This document shows positions 1 to 10,170 of a stretch of DNA of 32,000 nucleotides, piece by piece. The notes below the pieces were generated by a model. The model did not search any database, was not told where the DNA came from, and worked only from the letters and a program-made list of their open reading frames with translations. A program made the translations under genes and the position numbers. The stretch spans positions 210,001-242,000 of the forward strand of contig NZ_CP142525.1 in the NCBI RefSeq assembly GCF_051097895.1, in the 5' to 3' direction. This stretch comes from Psychrobacter sp. HD31. GTDB lineage: Bacteria > Pseudomonadota > Gammaproteobacteria > Pseudomonadales > Moraxellaceae. How positions within the stretch are numbered: the first letter of the stretch is position 1; every line of letters starts with the position of its first letter.

Positions 1-79
1 AAGCATGACGGCGCATGCAAGCGTAACATCCACAAGGCGGATTTTTTTGGTTTGTCGAATTGTTGAAAGCAGATTCATA

Positions 80-724
80 TTAAATTAAAGTTTTTAAATC
101 GGGTAGATTTTTTGTTAACTCTTGATAATCTTCAAATTGAGATAAACGACTAACCACGCAAGATAGAGGTTCAGCAAACACTTGAGAAAAGTCTTGTTCT
201 CCAACATGTGTAATAGGGTATGCTAGCTGCTCAGTGGGCGGGTCAAATTTGGCAAAAATGCCTGCTTTGTTACCGCGAGGGTCTACTCGATACCATCCGT
301 TATTGTCTTTTAAGCCTTCTACTTTTGGCAAATAAACGGCAGCCAAACCATGCAGGCAATATTCAAATTGTCCGTTTTCATTAGGCTCATCAGATAGCAC
401 CAGTCTTTGATAACAAAGCCCAGCTGGGATGTTATTTGCGCGTAGTAATGCAACTAACAAATGGCTTTTGGCGTAGCAAAATCCATGACCAAGTTGTAAA
501 ACATCCGAAGCACGGCAGCTTTTTCCATTTCGTTTATAATCGACACTATGCTCAATTTTATTGAGTACAAATTCAAAACAGCTTTTAGCGATGTCAATAT
601 CAGAACTCAAGCCATTGGCTAATTTTTTAGCCATTGTTTGAATTTGTGCATCATCAAAATCAATGACTTTTGAACTTTCAAGATACGCTGCTAGTGCAGA
701 TGTTGTTGTTAGCTTTATTGTCAT
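80..724 (-). CDS. Transglutaminase-like cysteine peptidase superfamily protein
   Basis: 214-aa ORF with a transglutaminase-core Cys/His/Asp arrangement: GHGFCYAKSHLLVALLRANNIPAG ... CLHGLAAVY ... WYRVDPRG. Confidence 0.75.
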   Translation of the reverse strand: MTIKLTTTSALAAYLESSKVIDFDDAQIQTMAKKLANGLSSDIDIAKSCFEFVLNKIEHSVDYKRNGKSCRASDVLQLGHGFCYAKSHLLVALLRANNIPAGLCYQRLVLSDEPNENGQFEYCLHGLAAVYLPKVEGLKDNNGWYRVDPRGNKAGIFAKFDPPTEQLAYPITHVGEQDFSQVFAEPLSCVVSRLSQFEDYQELTKNLPDLKTLI

Positions 725-852
725 ATTTTAGCCTATTGAATAAATAACAATAGACAAGCCGTTATTTACCAAAAATATGTTAAATAAAAACTTGTCTATC
801 TTTTAAAAAGTGTCTTTTTAAAAACTAATCACGTCAGCAATTAATGTGATTT

Positions 853-1950
853 TTACTTACTCACTGCGGTTTGCCAAACAGCAATTTGCGCTTTTGCGGT
901 TTTATCATCTGGCGTTGGAACAGCCAGTGTTTTTTCAGGTACAAAAGCATCAAAATGTGGTTCAATTTCTGTATTAATAACAGGCAACATGATATTGCTA
1001 GTCGCAATGGTTTTTTGTGCTTCTGGTGTTAATAAAAATGCCATAAAGTCTTGTGCAAGTGCCGGTGTATCACTGGCTTTCAACTGAGCAGCAAGCTCAA
1101 TTTGTACAATATGCCCTTCATCAAAACTTGCGGCAACGTATTTGTCGGTATCTTCATGGATTTGATGATATAAAGGAGACGTATTGTAGCTAAGTACTAA
1201 ATCTGATTCGCCATTTTTAAAGGCTTCGTAGGTTTCTGACCAACCTTTGCCCACAGTAACCGTATGGCTTGATAGGGCTTTCCAAGCAGTTTCTGACTGA
1301 TCGCCATATACCTCATTCACCCAGGCAAGTAAACCACGCCCAACGGTGCTGGTACGAGGGTCTTGATAAATCACCGAGTAATTTTGATTGTTAACTAACT
1401 CTTTTAAGCTTTTAGGTGGGGTTTTACCATCTTTGGCAAACGCTTCTTTGTTGTAAATAAACGCATATTGCCCATAGTCATAGGGGATAAAAGTTTGGTT
1501 TGTCCATTCAATTGGCAATTCAAGGCTGCTTATATCAATGTCAGTTTTTGCAAATAAACCAGATGCCTCGGCACTGTTAAGCAAGTTGTTATCAATACCA
1601 ATAATCACATCAGCTTTTGGATTATCACCCTCTAAACGCAAACGGTTGAACATGGTAACGCCATCTTCAAAAGGTACAAAATCGATTGTACAGTTGCAGT
1701 TTGCTTCAAAAGATTCTTTTAACTTAGGTGCAGGTCCCCAGTCGGATGTAAATGAATCATAACTATAAACGGTTAGGGTTTTACCAGCGTGGCTTGTTGT
1801 GCCATTGTTGTTATCTTGTTCGTTGCTTGTTTCGCTGGTTTGCTCTGCTTGGGTTGTTGTTTCGGCAGTTTTTTGTGTATCACAGGCAGTTAGTGCCAGC
1901 AAAGATATGGATAAAGCTGATAATGCGGGAAATGAATGAAATACTTTCAT
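853..1950 (-). CDS. thiB: Thiamine/TPP ABC-transporter substrate-binding protein (ThiB/TbpA family), predicted lipoprotein
   Basis: 365-aa ORF. Signal peptide with lipobox LALTAC, then a Thr/Gln/Asn-rich linker, then a ThiB-type binding-protein core (LTVYSYDSFTSDWGPAPKLKESFE...). SD AAAGGAAG lies upstream and a TPP riboswitch sits in the 5' leader. Confidence 0.85.
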   Translation of the reverse strand: MKVFHSFPALSALSISLLALTACDTQKTAETTTQAEQTSETSNEQDNNNGTTSHAGKTLTVYSYDSFTSDWGPAPKLKESFEANCNCTIDFVPFEDGVTMFNRLRLEGDNPKADVIIGIDNNLLNSAEASGLFAKTDIDISSLELPIEWTNQTFIPYDYGQYAFIYNKEAFAKDGKTPPKSLKELVNNQNYSVIYQDPRTSTVGRGLLAWVNEVYGDQSETAWKALSSHTVTVGKGWSETYEAFKNGESDLVLSYNTSPLYHQIHEDTDKYVAASFDEGHIVQIELAAQLKASDTPALAQDFMAFLLTPEAQKTIATSNIMLPVINTEIEPHFDAFVPEKTLAVPTPDDKTAKAQIAVWQTAVSK

Positions 1951-2049
1951 GTAGCTTCCTTTTTAAATTAATAAATAAAAAGATTAAAATAAAAAGAAAT
2001 TTAAGAAGAATCAGGTTGTTTTTGGCAATGCAAAAGTAAAACACAGGTT

Positions 2050-2156
2050 TCTCAAATTCCTTCGTGGGTATTAACCCTCAGGTTCAACGGGTCTAATCTC
2101 AGCTAATTTTTTTTGGCGATTATACTGCACTTAAAAAAATCAGCACCCCAATGAGA
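2050..2156 (-). promoter_or_regulatory. TPP (THI-box) riboswitch in the thiB leader
   Basis: The minus strand reads tctcattGGGGTGCtga...(A/T-rich stem)...aGCTGAGAttagACCCgtTGAACCTGagggTTAATACCcacGAAGGAAtttgaga. The conserved GGGGUGC, CUGAGA, ACCC-UGAACCUGA-UAAUAC and GGGAA-type elements are present, and P1 closes as tctcatt/aatttgaga. The thiB ATG is ~100 nt downstream. Confidence 0.85.
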
Positions 2157-2272
2157 ATTTTAAATTGGATTATGGCAAGAATGTAGGGGAGGGTCAAGCA
2201 GTTTGCAGTATAAAAACAATGGTTAATGTGCTAGTATGTGGCTTTAAATTTTTGTAAAAAGTATTAATAATT

Positions 2273-3157
2273 ATGAATTACAAACACGCCTACCACGCAG
2301 GTAATTTTGCGGATGTTGTTAAACATGTTTTACTCATCCAACTGTTAAACCAACTTAGTCAAAAAGGCAAACCTTTTTATGTATTAGATGCCTATGCAGG
2401 GCGTGGACTTTATAAGCTAAACAGTCAAGAGTCACAAGCAACAGATGAAGCAAAGCTGGGTATTCAAAAGTTAAATCAGGTTGGTAAAGGTAAAACTGAT
2501 GCAACCCCTGCCGCTGTTTTGCAATATTTAGAACAGTTAGAGCTTGCCAAACAAACTTATGATAAACATGTGTATCCAGGTTCACCTTGGTGGATTGCCA
2601 ATGCGGTGGAAAGCCAACCAGAAGTTGATATCCGAGCGGAAGCATTTGAAGCACAAGTGCAAGAGTATGATGTATTAAACTATCAAGTGTATAAGTTGCC
2701 AATTGGTGTCCATCACCGTAATGCATTTGAGGGTATCCCTGCGGTTATACCACCAAAAGAAAAACGTGGGCTGATTTTAATTGACCCACCTTTTGAGCAT
2801 GAACATAAAGATTTTAGCAACCTTGTTGACCTGTTAGTCGAAAGCCATAAAAAATGGCCACAAGGCATTTTTGCTTTATGGTACCCTCTAAAAAATAACG
2901 ATGCGGTTAACTTGTTTCATAAAAAAATGAAGCGCACAGGTATTAAAAAACAATTACTTTGTGAACTAAATGTTTATCCTAACGACTTACCAGTGGGCAT
3001 GAATGGTACGGGTATGTTGATTATTAATCCACCTTGGAAGTTTGATAACCATGCACATCAAATCGTTAAGTTTTTACAACCAATTTTAAAAGCTGATGAT
3101 GCACCGCAAATGACGGCGGAAGAGGCATTTCGTGTTAAATGGTTAGTTGGTGAATAA
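2273..3157 (+). CDS. rlmJ: 23S rRNA (adenine2030-N6)-methyltransferase RlmJ
   Basis: 294-aa ORF. The N-terminus MNYKHAYHAGNFADVVKH matches the RlmJ/YhiR signature (SYRHxFHAGNxADVxKH), and an IDPPFE motif is present. Confidence 0.85.
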   Translation: MNYKHAYHAGNFADVVKHVLLIQLLNQLSQKGKPFYVLDAYAGRGLYKLNSQESQATDEAKLGIQKLNQVGKGKTDATPAAVLQYLEQLELAKQTYDKHVYPGSPWWIANAVESQPEVDIRAEAFEAQVQEYDVLNYQVYKLPIGVHHRNAFEGIPAVIPPKEKRGLILIDPPFEHEHKDFSNLVDLLVESHKKWPQGIFALWYPLKNNDAVNLFHKKMKRTGIKKQLLCELNVYPNDLPVGMNGTGMLIINPPWKFDNHAHQIVKFLQPILKADDAPQMTAEEAFRVKWLVGE

Positions 3158-3179
3158 CAACGTTAGTAAAAAGATAATT

Positions 3180-3989
3180 ATGGATACAAAAAATACCAAC
3201 CCACAAAGAGTAGAACCTGTACATGATGATGGTCATGGTGGTCTTACTTTTGAAGTTGTAGAAAAACAAATAGAAGCAGATGGTGCGCATACGGTAAGTC
3301 GTGGGGTCTATTTAGTACCTAATATGATTACTACTTTATCTTTGCTATCTGGCTTTTTTTCTATTCTTTCTAGTATGCAGGGTGACTTTTATAAGGCGGC
3401 ATTAGCCATATTTTTATCTGCCATTTTAGATGGTATGGATGGGCGAGTGGCTCGCATGTTAAATGCCCAAAGCCCTTTTGGCGAGCAATTTGACTCATTG
3501 GCAGATATGTTGGCGTTTGGCGTTGCGCCTGCCATACTCATGTATAGCTATGCGTTACAACCACTTGGGCGAGTTGGGATTGCCTTAGCATTTGTATTTA
3601 CAGCCTGTGCTGCTTTTAGGTTGGCGCGCTTTAATGTGCAAATTAATGTGGTAGATAAAAAATACTTTATTGGGCTGGCAAGTCCGTTAGCGGCTTTGTT
3701 GGTTACAAGTTTTGTGGTGGTTTCTTTAGATTATTCGTTGCTGCAAAATTATGGAACAAGCATGATTGCTTTATCAGCACTTTGGGTGGTGATATGTGGT
3801 TTGCTTATGGTCAGCAATGTTAAATATTACAGCTTTAAAGAGTTTGATAGACAACGTGTCCCTTTTTGGGTATTAATTTTAGGTGTGGTTGTGTTGGCTG
3901 CTGCTATTTATGATATACCAATGGGAGTACTTGTGATAGGAACCTGCTATGCGTTGTCTGGTTTTTATACCAGCTTTACCGCAAAATAA
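3180..3989 (+). CDS. pssA: CDP-diacylglycerol--serine O-phosphatidyltransferase (CDP-alcohol phosphatidyltransferase family)
   Basis: CDP-alcohol motif DGMDGRVARMLNAQSPFGEQFDSLADMLAFGVAP in a multi-TM protein. The track ORF starts at TTG 3147. I prefer ATG 3180 (MDTKNTN...), but the start is uncertain. Confidence 0.85.
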   Translation: MDTKNTNPQRVEPVHDDGHGGLTFEVVEKQIEADGAHTVSRGVYLVPNMITTLSLLSGFFSILSSMQGDFYKAALAIFLSAILDGMDGRVARMLNAQSPFGEQFDSLADMLAFGVAPAILMYSYALQPLGRVGIALAFVFTACAAFRLARFNVQINVVDKKYFIGLASPLAALLVTSFVVVSLDYSLLQNYGTSMIALSALWVVICGLLMVSNVKYYSFKEFDRQRVPFWVLILGVVVLAAAIYDIPMGVLVIGTCYALSGFYTSFTAK

Positions 3990-4012
3990 CTTATATATGT
4001 AGTTTTTATTTT

Positions 4013-4045
4013 AAAAGTTATCAATTTGATAACTTTTTTTTATTT
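4013..4045 (+). terminator. Rho-independent terminator after pssA
   Basis: Near-perfect inverted repeat AAAAGTTATCAA / TTGATAACTTTT followed by a T-run (ttttttttatttt). Confidence 0.75.
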
Positions 4046-4059
4046 TTAATATTTATTGC

Positions 4060-4077
4060 GTACTAGTATACTAGTTT
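4060..4077. promoter_or_regulatory. TrpR-type operator overlapping the trp promoter -10
   Basis: GTACTAGTATACTAGTTT matches the E. coli trp operator core GTACTAGTTAACTAGTAC at 14/18 positions. It contains the perfect 14-bp palindrome ACTAGTATACTAGT (4062-4075). A TATACT -10 (4067-4072) sits at the dyad centre, as in E. coli. Confidence 0.7.
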
Positions 4078-4163
4078 GTAGAAATAACCTGTAAGGTACT
4101 ATTTGAACGATACTAAAAAATACTTTGTATCCTATTAATTTAATGACATATTTAAGGTTTGCT

Positions 4164-5834
4164 ATGCTTAAGGATAAAACAACCGTTTTTTTTGATAAAA
4201 AAAGCCAAGGTGTGCCATACTCTGCCGACTTAACCAGAGTCTTTGCCAGCATTTGCGAGGGCAAATCCAATACCTTATTGCTGGAATCTGCCGAGATTGA
4301 AAGCCGAAATAGCTTAACCAGCTTATTGTTTGTTAACTCAGCCTTACGCATTGTTTGTGATGAGCAAACCGTCACCTTTATTGCACTTAACCAAAATGGT
4401 AACGCATTATTGCCCAGTATCCAGCAGGCTCTTATCGATAAAGCAGAGTCTATTGAACTTGCTTCGCTTGATAATTGCGACACGGATACACCAGCCAATG
4501 ACCGCAAACAGCTTATCGCTACGTTTGCCAGTATCGACAACCGATTAGATGAAGACAGCAAGCTACACGCCCCAACGGTGTTTGATGGTTTGCGAGTGAT
4601 ACAAACCCTGTTTAACAAAGCCAATGCCAACGAGGTCGTTTATACTGGTGGCTTGTTTGCCTACGATGTGGTGCGAGGGTTTATCCCCATGCAGGGCATA
4701 ACCCTTGAGGACGATGGCATTACTTGCCCAGATTATAGTTTTTATTTGGCTGACCAGTTATTAATTTCTGACCACGAAAATCAACAAAGCGTCTTACACA
4801 GTTTCCACTTCTCGGCAGAACCAAGCGTACAAGCTGAAGTGACGCAACAAAGCAATACCATTGTTCAGCAACTAAGCCAGCCATTAAAAGACTTAACCAT
4901 TACGCCAGTGCCAACAGGCGTTAGCGAAAACTACGCTGATGAAGAGTTTATCGACATCATCACACGGTTAAAAACGCATATTTATAATGGGGATGTGTTT
5001 CAGATTGTGCCATCACGCCGTTTTTCGCTTGCTTGCCCAAGTCCGCTGGCAACTTACCATCAGCTTAAACAAAATAACCCAAGTCCTTATATGTTTTATA
5101 TGCAGGATGAGGCATTTACGCTATTTGGTGCCTCACCAGAAAGCTCACTAAAATACACACAAGACAACCGCAAGCTGGAGGTTTATCCGATTGCAGGGTC
5201 GCGCCCACGCGGATTTGACAGCAATGGCAACATTGACCCAGAGCTAGACGCACGTATGGAGCTTGATTTACGCCTTGATAAAAAGGAGCTGGCAGAACAT
5301 TTAATGCTGGTTGACCTTGCCCGCAATGACATTGCCCGAGTTTGTGACAGTGGCACTCGCCAACTAGACAAGCTCATGCAGGTTGACCGCTATTCGCACA
5401 TCATGCACTTGGTATCGAGAGTCACGGGCAAATTACAAGCTGACCTAGATGCCTTACACGCTTATCAAGCCTGTATGAATATGGGCACGCTTACAGGTGC
5501 ACCCAAAATTAAAGCCATGCAACTGATTTATCAGCAAGAAAAACAAAAACGCCATAGTTATGGCGGTGCGGTGGGCTATTTTACCTCAAATGGTGACCTT
5601 GATACTTGTATTGTCATTCGCTCTGCCTTTGTGCAAAATGACATTGCCCATATCCAAGCGGGTTGCGGAGAAGTCCTTGATTCAGACCCGCAATTAGAAG
5701 CAGATGAAACCCGTCATAAAGCAGCGGCTGTGATTAAAGCAATTGTGCAAACCCATCAAGACAATAGCCATCATCAACGCAAACAAAATCAACCTATTAA
5801 CGAAGCACAAGATAAGGAGCAGAACAATGGCTAA
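4164..5834 (+). CDS. trpE: Anthranilate synthase component I
   Basis: Strong collinear similarity to enteric TrpE: LLLESAEIESRN feedback region, FQIVPSRRFSLACPSPL, NPSPYMFYMQD, GASPESSLKY, LMLVDLARND and GTLTGAPK. Start placed at ATG 4164 (SD AAGG 7 nt upstream, N-terminal length like E. coli); the track ORF starts at TTG 4125. The C-terminus has a low-complexity tail. Confidence 0.92.
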   Translation: MLKDKTTVFFDKKSQGVPYSADLTRVFASICEGKSNTLLLESAEIESRNSLTSLLFVNSALRIVCDEQTVTFIALNQNGNALLPSIQQALIDKAESIELASLDNCDTDTPANDRKQLIATFASIDNRLDEDSKLHAPTVFDGLRVIQTLFNKANANEVVYTGGLFAYDVVRGFIPMQGITLEDDGITCPDYSFYLADQLLISDHENQQSVLHSFHFSAEPSVQAEVTQQSNTIVQQLSQPLKDLTITPVPTGVSENYADEEFIDIITRLKTHIYNGDVFQIVPSRRFSLACPSPLATYHQLKQNNPSPYMFYMQDEAFTLFGASPESSLKYTQDNRKLEVYPIAGSRPRGFDSNGNIDPELDARMELDLRLDKKELAEHLMLVDLARNDIARVCDSGTRQLDKLMQVDRYSHIMHLVSRVTGKLQADLDALHAYQACMNMGTLTGAPKIKAMQLIYQQEKQKRHSYGGAVGYFTSNGDLDTCIVIRSAFVQNDIAHIQAGCGEVLDSDPQLEADETRHKAAAVIKAIVQTHQDNSHHQRKQNQPINEAQDKEQNNG

Positions 5835-6456
5835 TATCATCTTTATTGATAATTTTGACTCCTTTACCTATAACTTGGTGGATGAATTTCGGGTGCTTGG
5901 GCATCAAGTGGTGGTTTACCGCAATGATGTTGATTTAGACACCATTACTCAGGCAGTATTGGATAAACCAAATACCCTGCTTGCCTTATCTCCAGGACCT
6001 GGCAACCCCAGCGAAGCAGGCAATCTACTTGCCATCATTGAACGGTTAAAAGACGCAGTGCCAATTTTGGGGATTTGCTTGGGGCATCAGGCGATTATTG
6101 AGGCGTTTGGTGGTACAGTGGTTCACGCAGGGGAGGTGATGCACGGTAAGGTATCGCACATCAAGCATGATGAACAAACGGTATTTAAAGGGTTAAAAAA
6201 CCCAATGCCAGTGGCACGCTATCATTCACTATGTGGTACCAACCTACCGCAAACGCTAACGGTGACTGCCAGTTATGATTACGTTGATGACAATACTAAA
6301 GACACACAAAACATTGTTATGGCAGTCAGGCACAACCGTTTGCCGATTTGTGGTTTTCAGTTTCATCCCGAATCCATTTTAACCTTGCATGGTTCGCAGT
6401 TGTTAAAGCAAACGGTAGACTGGTTGCTTGAGCCGTCCATATCAACACAATCATAA
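5827..6456 (+). CDS. trpG: Anthranilate synthase component II (glutamine amidotransferase)
   Basis: MANIIFIDNFDSFTYNLVDEF..., GICLGHQ catalytic Cys and FQFHPES. SD AAGGAG lies upstream. The ATG overlaps the trpE stop (ATGGCTAA, 8-nt overlap), which suggests translational coupling. The track ORF start at 5743 is an in-frame upstream artefact. Confidence 0.92.
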   Translation: MANIIFIDNFDSFTYNLVDEFRVLGHQVVVYRNDVDLDTITQAVLDKPNTLLALSPGPGNPSEAGNLLAIIERLKDAVPILGICLGHQAIIEAFGGTVVHAGEVMHGKVSHIKHDEQTVFKGLKNPMPVARYHSLCGTNLPQTLTVTASYDYVDDNTKDTQNIVMAVRHNRLPICGFQFHPESILTLHGSQLLKQTVDWLLEPSISTQS

Positions 6457-6478
6457 TATATTAACAACAGGAATCATC

Positions 6479-7492
6479 ATGCACACCGTCGACCCACTTT
6501 TAGAAAAACTCTTTGACGCCCAAACACTCACCCAAAAAGAAAGCCAAACGTTTTTTACTGCCATCGTCAAAGGCGAATTAAGCAACGAACAGCTCGCAGG
6601 GGCATTGCTTGCACTGAAGATACGAGAAGAAACCACCGAAGAAATCGCAGGGGCAGTGATTGCCTTACAACAAGATGCCAAGGCGTTTGCCTCACCAACG
6701 TATGCGTTTGCCGACATCGTTGGGACAGGGGGAGATGGGGCAAATACCATCAATATTTCTACCGCCAGTGCCTTAGTCGGGGCATCCTTATCTGACTATG
6801 GGGTTAAAGTTGCCAAACATGGTAACCACGGCGTATCGAGTCAAAGTGGCTCAAGCGATGTGCTCACAGCATTAGGCGTGAACATCAATGCAGAGCCTAG
6901 CATCGCTCGCCAAGCCTTAGACAAGGTGGGTATTTGTTTTTTATTTGCGCAAAAGTACCATCTAGGCTATAAAGAAATTGTGCCCGTACGCCAAGCACTC
7001 AAAACCCGTACCATCTTTAATAATTTGGGTCCTTTAATCAATCCAGCCAAACCAAAACGTCAACTGCTTGGGGTCTATAGCCCAGATTTGATTGATATGT
7101 ATGCCAACATTGCGGTTGCCTTGGGTCATGAACACAGCCTTGTGGTGCATGGCAGTGGCTTGGATGAAGTGGCATTACATGGTGCGACTCAAGTAGCAGA
7201 AATTAAAAATGGCAAAATTGAGCATTATCAAGTCACGCCAACCGATTTTGGGTTTAGCCAACAACCCCTGTCTGTTTTGGCAGGCGGTACACCCACCGAA
7301 AATGCCAAAGACATCATTGATATGCTAAGTGGTCAAGGTAATGAACACCATGCTCAAGCGGTTGCTATGAACACCGCCATGCTAATGAAATTATTTGGTC
7401 ATGATGATATTAAACAATCAGCAAGCATGATTATGGAGCATTTGGCGAGTGGGAAAGCGATGGCAACACTTGAGCAATTGAGAAGTTACTAA
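6479..7492 (+). CDS. trpD: Anthranilate phosphoribosyltransferase
   Basis: DIVGTGGDGANTINISTA, KHGNHGVSSQSGSSDVL and NPAKP motifs. Start taken at ATG 6479 (MHTVDPLLEKL). Confidence 0.92.
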   Translation: MHTVDPLLEKLFDAQTLTQKESQTFFTAIVKGELSNEQLAGALLALKIREETTEEIAGAVIALQQDAKAFASPTYAFADIVGTGGDGANTINISTASALVGASLSDYGVKVAKHGNHGVSSQSGSSDVLTALGVNINAEPSIARQALDKVGICFLFAQKYHLGYKEIVPVRQALKTRTIFNNLGPLINPAKPKRQLLGVYSPDLIDMYANIAVALGHEHSLVVHGSGLDEVALHGATQVAEIKNGKIEHYQVTPTDFGFSQQPLSVLAGGTPTENAKDIIDMLSGQGNEHHAQAVAMNTAMLMKLFGHDDIKQSASMIMEHLASGKAMATLEQLRSY

Positions 7493-7536
7493 TCCATGCT
7501 AAAAAATCGAAAGGTCAAAAGACAAAGAGTATTGAC

Positions 7537-8952
7537 ATGAGCCAACAAGACACCCCAACCATTCTAAAGCAAATCGTTGCCGATAAACGAGCATGGATAG
7601 CCAACAAACAAGCTGAGTTTCCATTGGAACAATTCCAATCGGAGATTGTGCCGAGTGAGCGTGATTTTTATACCGCTTTGCAGATAGGCATTGCTGGCAA
7701 ACATAGCCCTGCTTATATCCTAGAATGCAAAAAAGCCTCGCCATCTAAAGGGCTGATTCGTGCTGACTTTTCTCCCACACAGATTGCCAATATCTATAAA
7801 CACTACGCCAGTGCCATTTCTGTACTCACTGATGAAAAATACTTTCAGGGGAGTTTTGACTATATCAAACAGGTTCGTGAAGTTGCTCATCAGCCCATAC
7901 TTTGTAAAGATTTTATCGTGAGTCCCTATCAGGTGTATTTGGCTCGTTATCATCAGGCAGATGCCATTTTATTGATGTTATCTGTGTTAACGGATGAGGA
8001 ATATCTCCAACTTACTGAGCTTGCCCATGACTTGGGTATGGGCGTTTTGACCGAATCAGCAACCGAAGACGAGGTGCAACGTGCCATCAATTTAGATGCC
8101 AAAGTCATCGGCATTAACAACCGCAATCTACACGACTTGAGCGTGAACATTAATCGTACAGCACAGCTTGCCCAACCAATTCCCTCCGATAGAATTATCA
8201 TCAGTGAATCGGGAATAAAAAACCACCAGCATATTAAGCAAATACAACCGTATGCCAACGGCTTTCTTATCGGCAGTAGCTTGATGGCAGAGGAAGACCT
8301 TAATGCTGCTGTCCGTCGAGTGGTGTTTGGTGAAAATAAGGTGTGCGGATTAACACGGGCTGACGATGCCAAATCTGCCTATGAAGTGGGTGCGTATTTT
8401 GGTGGGTTGATATTTGCTGAGAAATCTAAGCGTAAGTTGACCTTGGAGCAAGCAAAACAGATTGTCAATTCTGCACCACTTAAGTTTGTTGCTGTCTTTC
8501 AAAACCAATCGATTGAACAAATCTGTGACGTGGCGGAATCTTTAAATCTGTTTGCGGTGCAGTTACATGGTGATGAAGATAACGCCTTTGTGAATGAATT
8601 GCGTGAAAGATTGGCAAAACCTGTACAGATTTGGAAAGCAATCAGTGTAGACATAGAGAGATCTGAGTTTATCGTGCCTGATTTTCCACAGGTTGACCGC
8701 TTTGTTATTGATAGCAAAGTCGGCAGTCAAACAGGTGGCACTGGTAAGACGTTTGATTGGTCACTTGTTCCTGCGGAGATTAAAGCAAAAAGTATGCTGG
8801 CAGGTGGCTTAAATATTGATAATATCAGCGATGCCAATGCCCAAGGATTTTTCGGGTTAGATATTAACTCTGGAGCGGAGAGTAGCGTGGGTGTGAAGGA
8901 TTTGGCTAAATTAAAATGCATTTTTCAGAGAACTCTACAATACGAAACCTAA
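7537..8952 (+). CDS. trpCF: Bifunctional indole-3-glycerol-phosphate synthase / phosphoribosylanthranilate isomerase (fused TrpC-TrpF)
   Basis: 471 aa. The N-terminal half is IGPS (ILECKKASPSKGLIR, GINNRNL). The C-terminal half is PRAI (KVCGLTRADDA, QLHGDE). This is the same domain order as E. coli TrpC. Confidence 0.92.
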   Translation: MSQQDTPTILKQIVADKRAWIANKQAEFPLEQFQSEIVPSERDFYTALQIGIAGKHSPAYILECKKASPSKGLIRADFSPTQIANIYKHYASAISVLTDEKYFQGSFDYIKQVREVAHQPILCKDFIVSPYQVYLARYHQADAILLMLSVLTDEEYLQLTELAHDLGMGVLTESATEDEVQRAINLDAKVIGINNRNLHDLSVNINRTAQLAQPIPSDRIIISESGIKNHQHIKQIQPYANGFLIGSSLMAEEDLNAAVRRVVFGENKVCGLTRADDAKSAYEVGAYFGGLIFAEKSKRKLTLEQAKQIVNSAPLKFVAVFQNQSIEQICDVAESLNLFAVQLHGDEDNAFVNELRERLAKPVQIWKAISVDIERSEFIVPDFPQVDRFVIDSKVGSQTGGTGKTFDWSLVPAEIKAKSMLAGGLNIDNISDANAQGFFGLDINSGAESSVGVKDLAKLKCIFQRTLQYET

Positions 8953-8967
8953 TTAAGGAAACTAATA

Positions 8968-10161
8968 ATGAATACGAAACTTCCTTCCTACTTTGGCGAA
9001 TATGGCGGTATGTTTGTGCCTGAAATTTTGGTACCTGTACTCTGTGAGTTGGAACAGGCGTTTATTGATGCTCAAAATGATGAAAGCTTTAAGCAGGAAT
9101 TTCATGAGCTGTTAAAAAATTATGCAGGTCGTCCAACCGCATTGACACTGTGCAAAAACTTGACCAAAGGCACAAATGCTAAGTTGTATTTAAAACGTGA
9201 AGACTTGCTCCACGGTGGGGCTCATAAAACCAATCAGGTGCTTGGACAAGCATTGCTCGCCTTACGCATGGGTAAAACAGAAATCATTGCCGAAACAGGG
9301 GCTGGACAACATGGGACAGCCACAGCGTTGGCATGTGCGTTGCTGGGATTAAAATGCCGAGTGTATATGGGTGCAAAAGACATTGAGCGTCAGTCGCCTA
9401 ATGTCTTTCGTATGAAGCTGATGGGGGCAGAAGTCATTGCAGTGGATAAAGGCTCAAGGTCATTAAAAGATGCTTGTTGTGAGGCGATGCGTGATTGGGC
9501 TGCAAACTATGATAAAGCCCATTATTTATTAGGGACAGCAGCAGGACCACACCCATTTCCGACCATTGTGCGTGAGTTTCAGCGGATGATTGGCGAGGAG
9601 ACAAAAGCCCAAATGCTAGAGCGTGAAGGGCGTTTGCCAGATACCATTGTCGCCTGTGTGGGTGGTGGCTCAAATGCGATAGGTATGTTTGCTGACTTTG
9701 TTGATGAAAAAGGCGTAGAGTTGATAGGAGTTGAGCCTGCGGGCAAGGGAGTGGATACCGATGAACATGGTGCGCCGCTAACACATGGACGTACGGGCAT
9801 TTACTTTGGTATGAAGTCGCCATTGATGCAAGACGACGATGGACAAATTGATGAGTCGTATTCGATATCAGCAGGTCTGGATTTTCCGTCTGTCGGTCCT
9901 GAGCATGCTCATTTACATGCTATTGGTCGGGTGACCTATGGTTCGATTACCGATGATGAGGCATTGGATGCCTTTAGCTTATTGGCTCGAAAAGAAGGAA
10001 TTATCCCAGCATTAGAATCATCACACGCCCTTGCGTATGCTATGAAGCTTATTCATGACAACCCCGGCAAAGAACAAATTATTGTGGTCAATCTATCAGG
10101 GCGGGGCGATAAAGATATATTTACCGTTGATAAATTTTTAGATAATGAGATTCAGCAATAG
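8968..10161 (+). CDS. trpB: Tryptophan synthase beta chain
   Basis: [24 protein letters not shown] (PLP lysine) and GGGSNAIG. Confidence 0.95.
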   Translation: MNTKLPSYFGEYGGMFVPEILVPVLCELEQAFIDAQNDESFKQEFHELLKNYAGRPTALTLCKNLTKGTNAKLYLKREDLLHGGAHKTNQVLGQALLALRMGKTEIIAETGAGQHGTATALACALLGLKCRVYMGAKDIERQSPNVFRMKLMGAEVIAVDKGSRSLKDACCEAMRDWAANYDKAHYLLGTAAGPHPFPTIVREFQRMIGEETKAQMLEREGRLPDTIVACVGGGSNAIGMFADFVDEKGVELIGVEPAGKGVDTDEHGAPLTHGRTGIYFGMKSPLMQDDDGQIDESYSISAGLDFPSVGPEHAHLHAIGRVTYGSITDDEALDAFSLLARKEGIIPALESSHALAYAMKLIHDNPGKEQIIVVNLSGRGDKDIFTVDKFLDNEIQQ

Positions 10162-10170
10162 GAGAATGAT

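Noticed and set aside
1538-2039. Plus-strand ORFs 1538-1762 and 1752-2039
   Set aside because: They are antisense to thiB and its leader, have low-complexity translations, and have no independent support.
4078-4163. trp leader peptide / transcription attenuator
   Set aside because: The leader has no TGG codons, no short ORF with an SD, and no terminator hairpin with a U-tract.
4046-4630. 194-aa minus-strand ORF, plus other antisense or embedded ORFs in the trp genes (4330-4548, 5183-5377, 6451-6753, 7499-7744, 7720-7953, 7953-8372, 8499-8717, 8727-8921, 9434-9823, 9579-9800, 10152-10415)
   Set aside because: They lie wholly inside, or heavily overlap, confidently identified trp genes. They have Ser/Leu/Ala-rich shadow-frame composition and no SD or motifs.
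5743-6478. N-terminal extensions of trpG (5743) and trpD (6428) given by the ORF track, and the TTG 3147 start of pssA
   Set aside because: The extensions overlap the preceding gene. Internal ATGs preceded by an SD reproduce the canonical N-termini (MANIIFIDNFDSFTYN; MHTVDPLLEKL; MDTKN).
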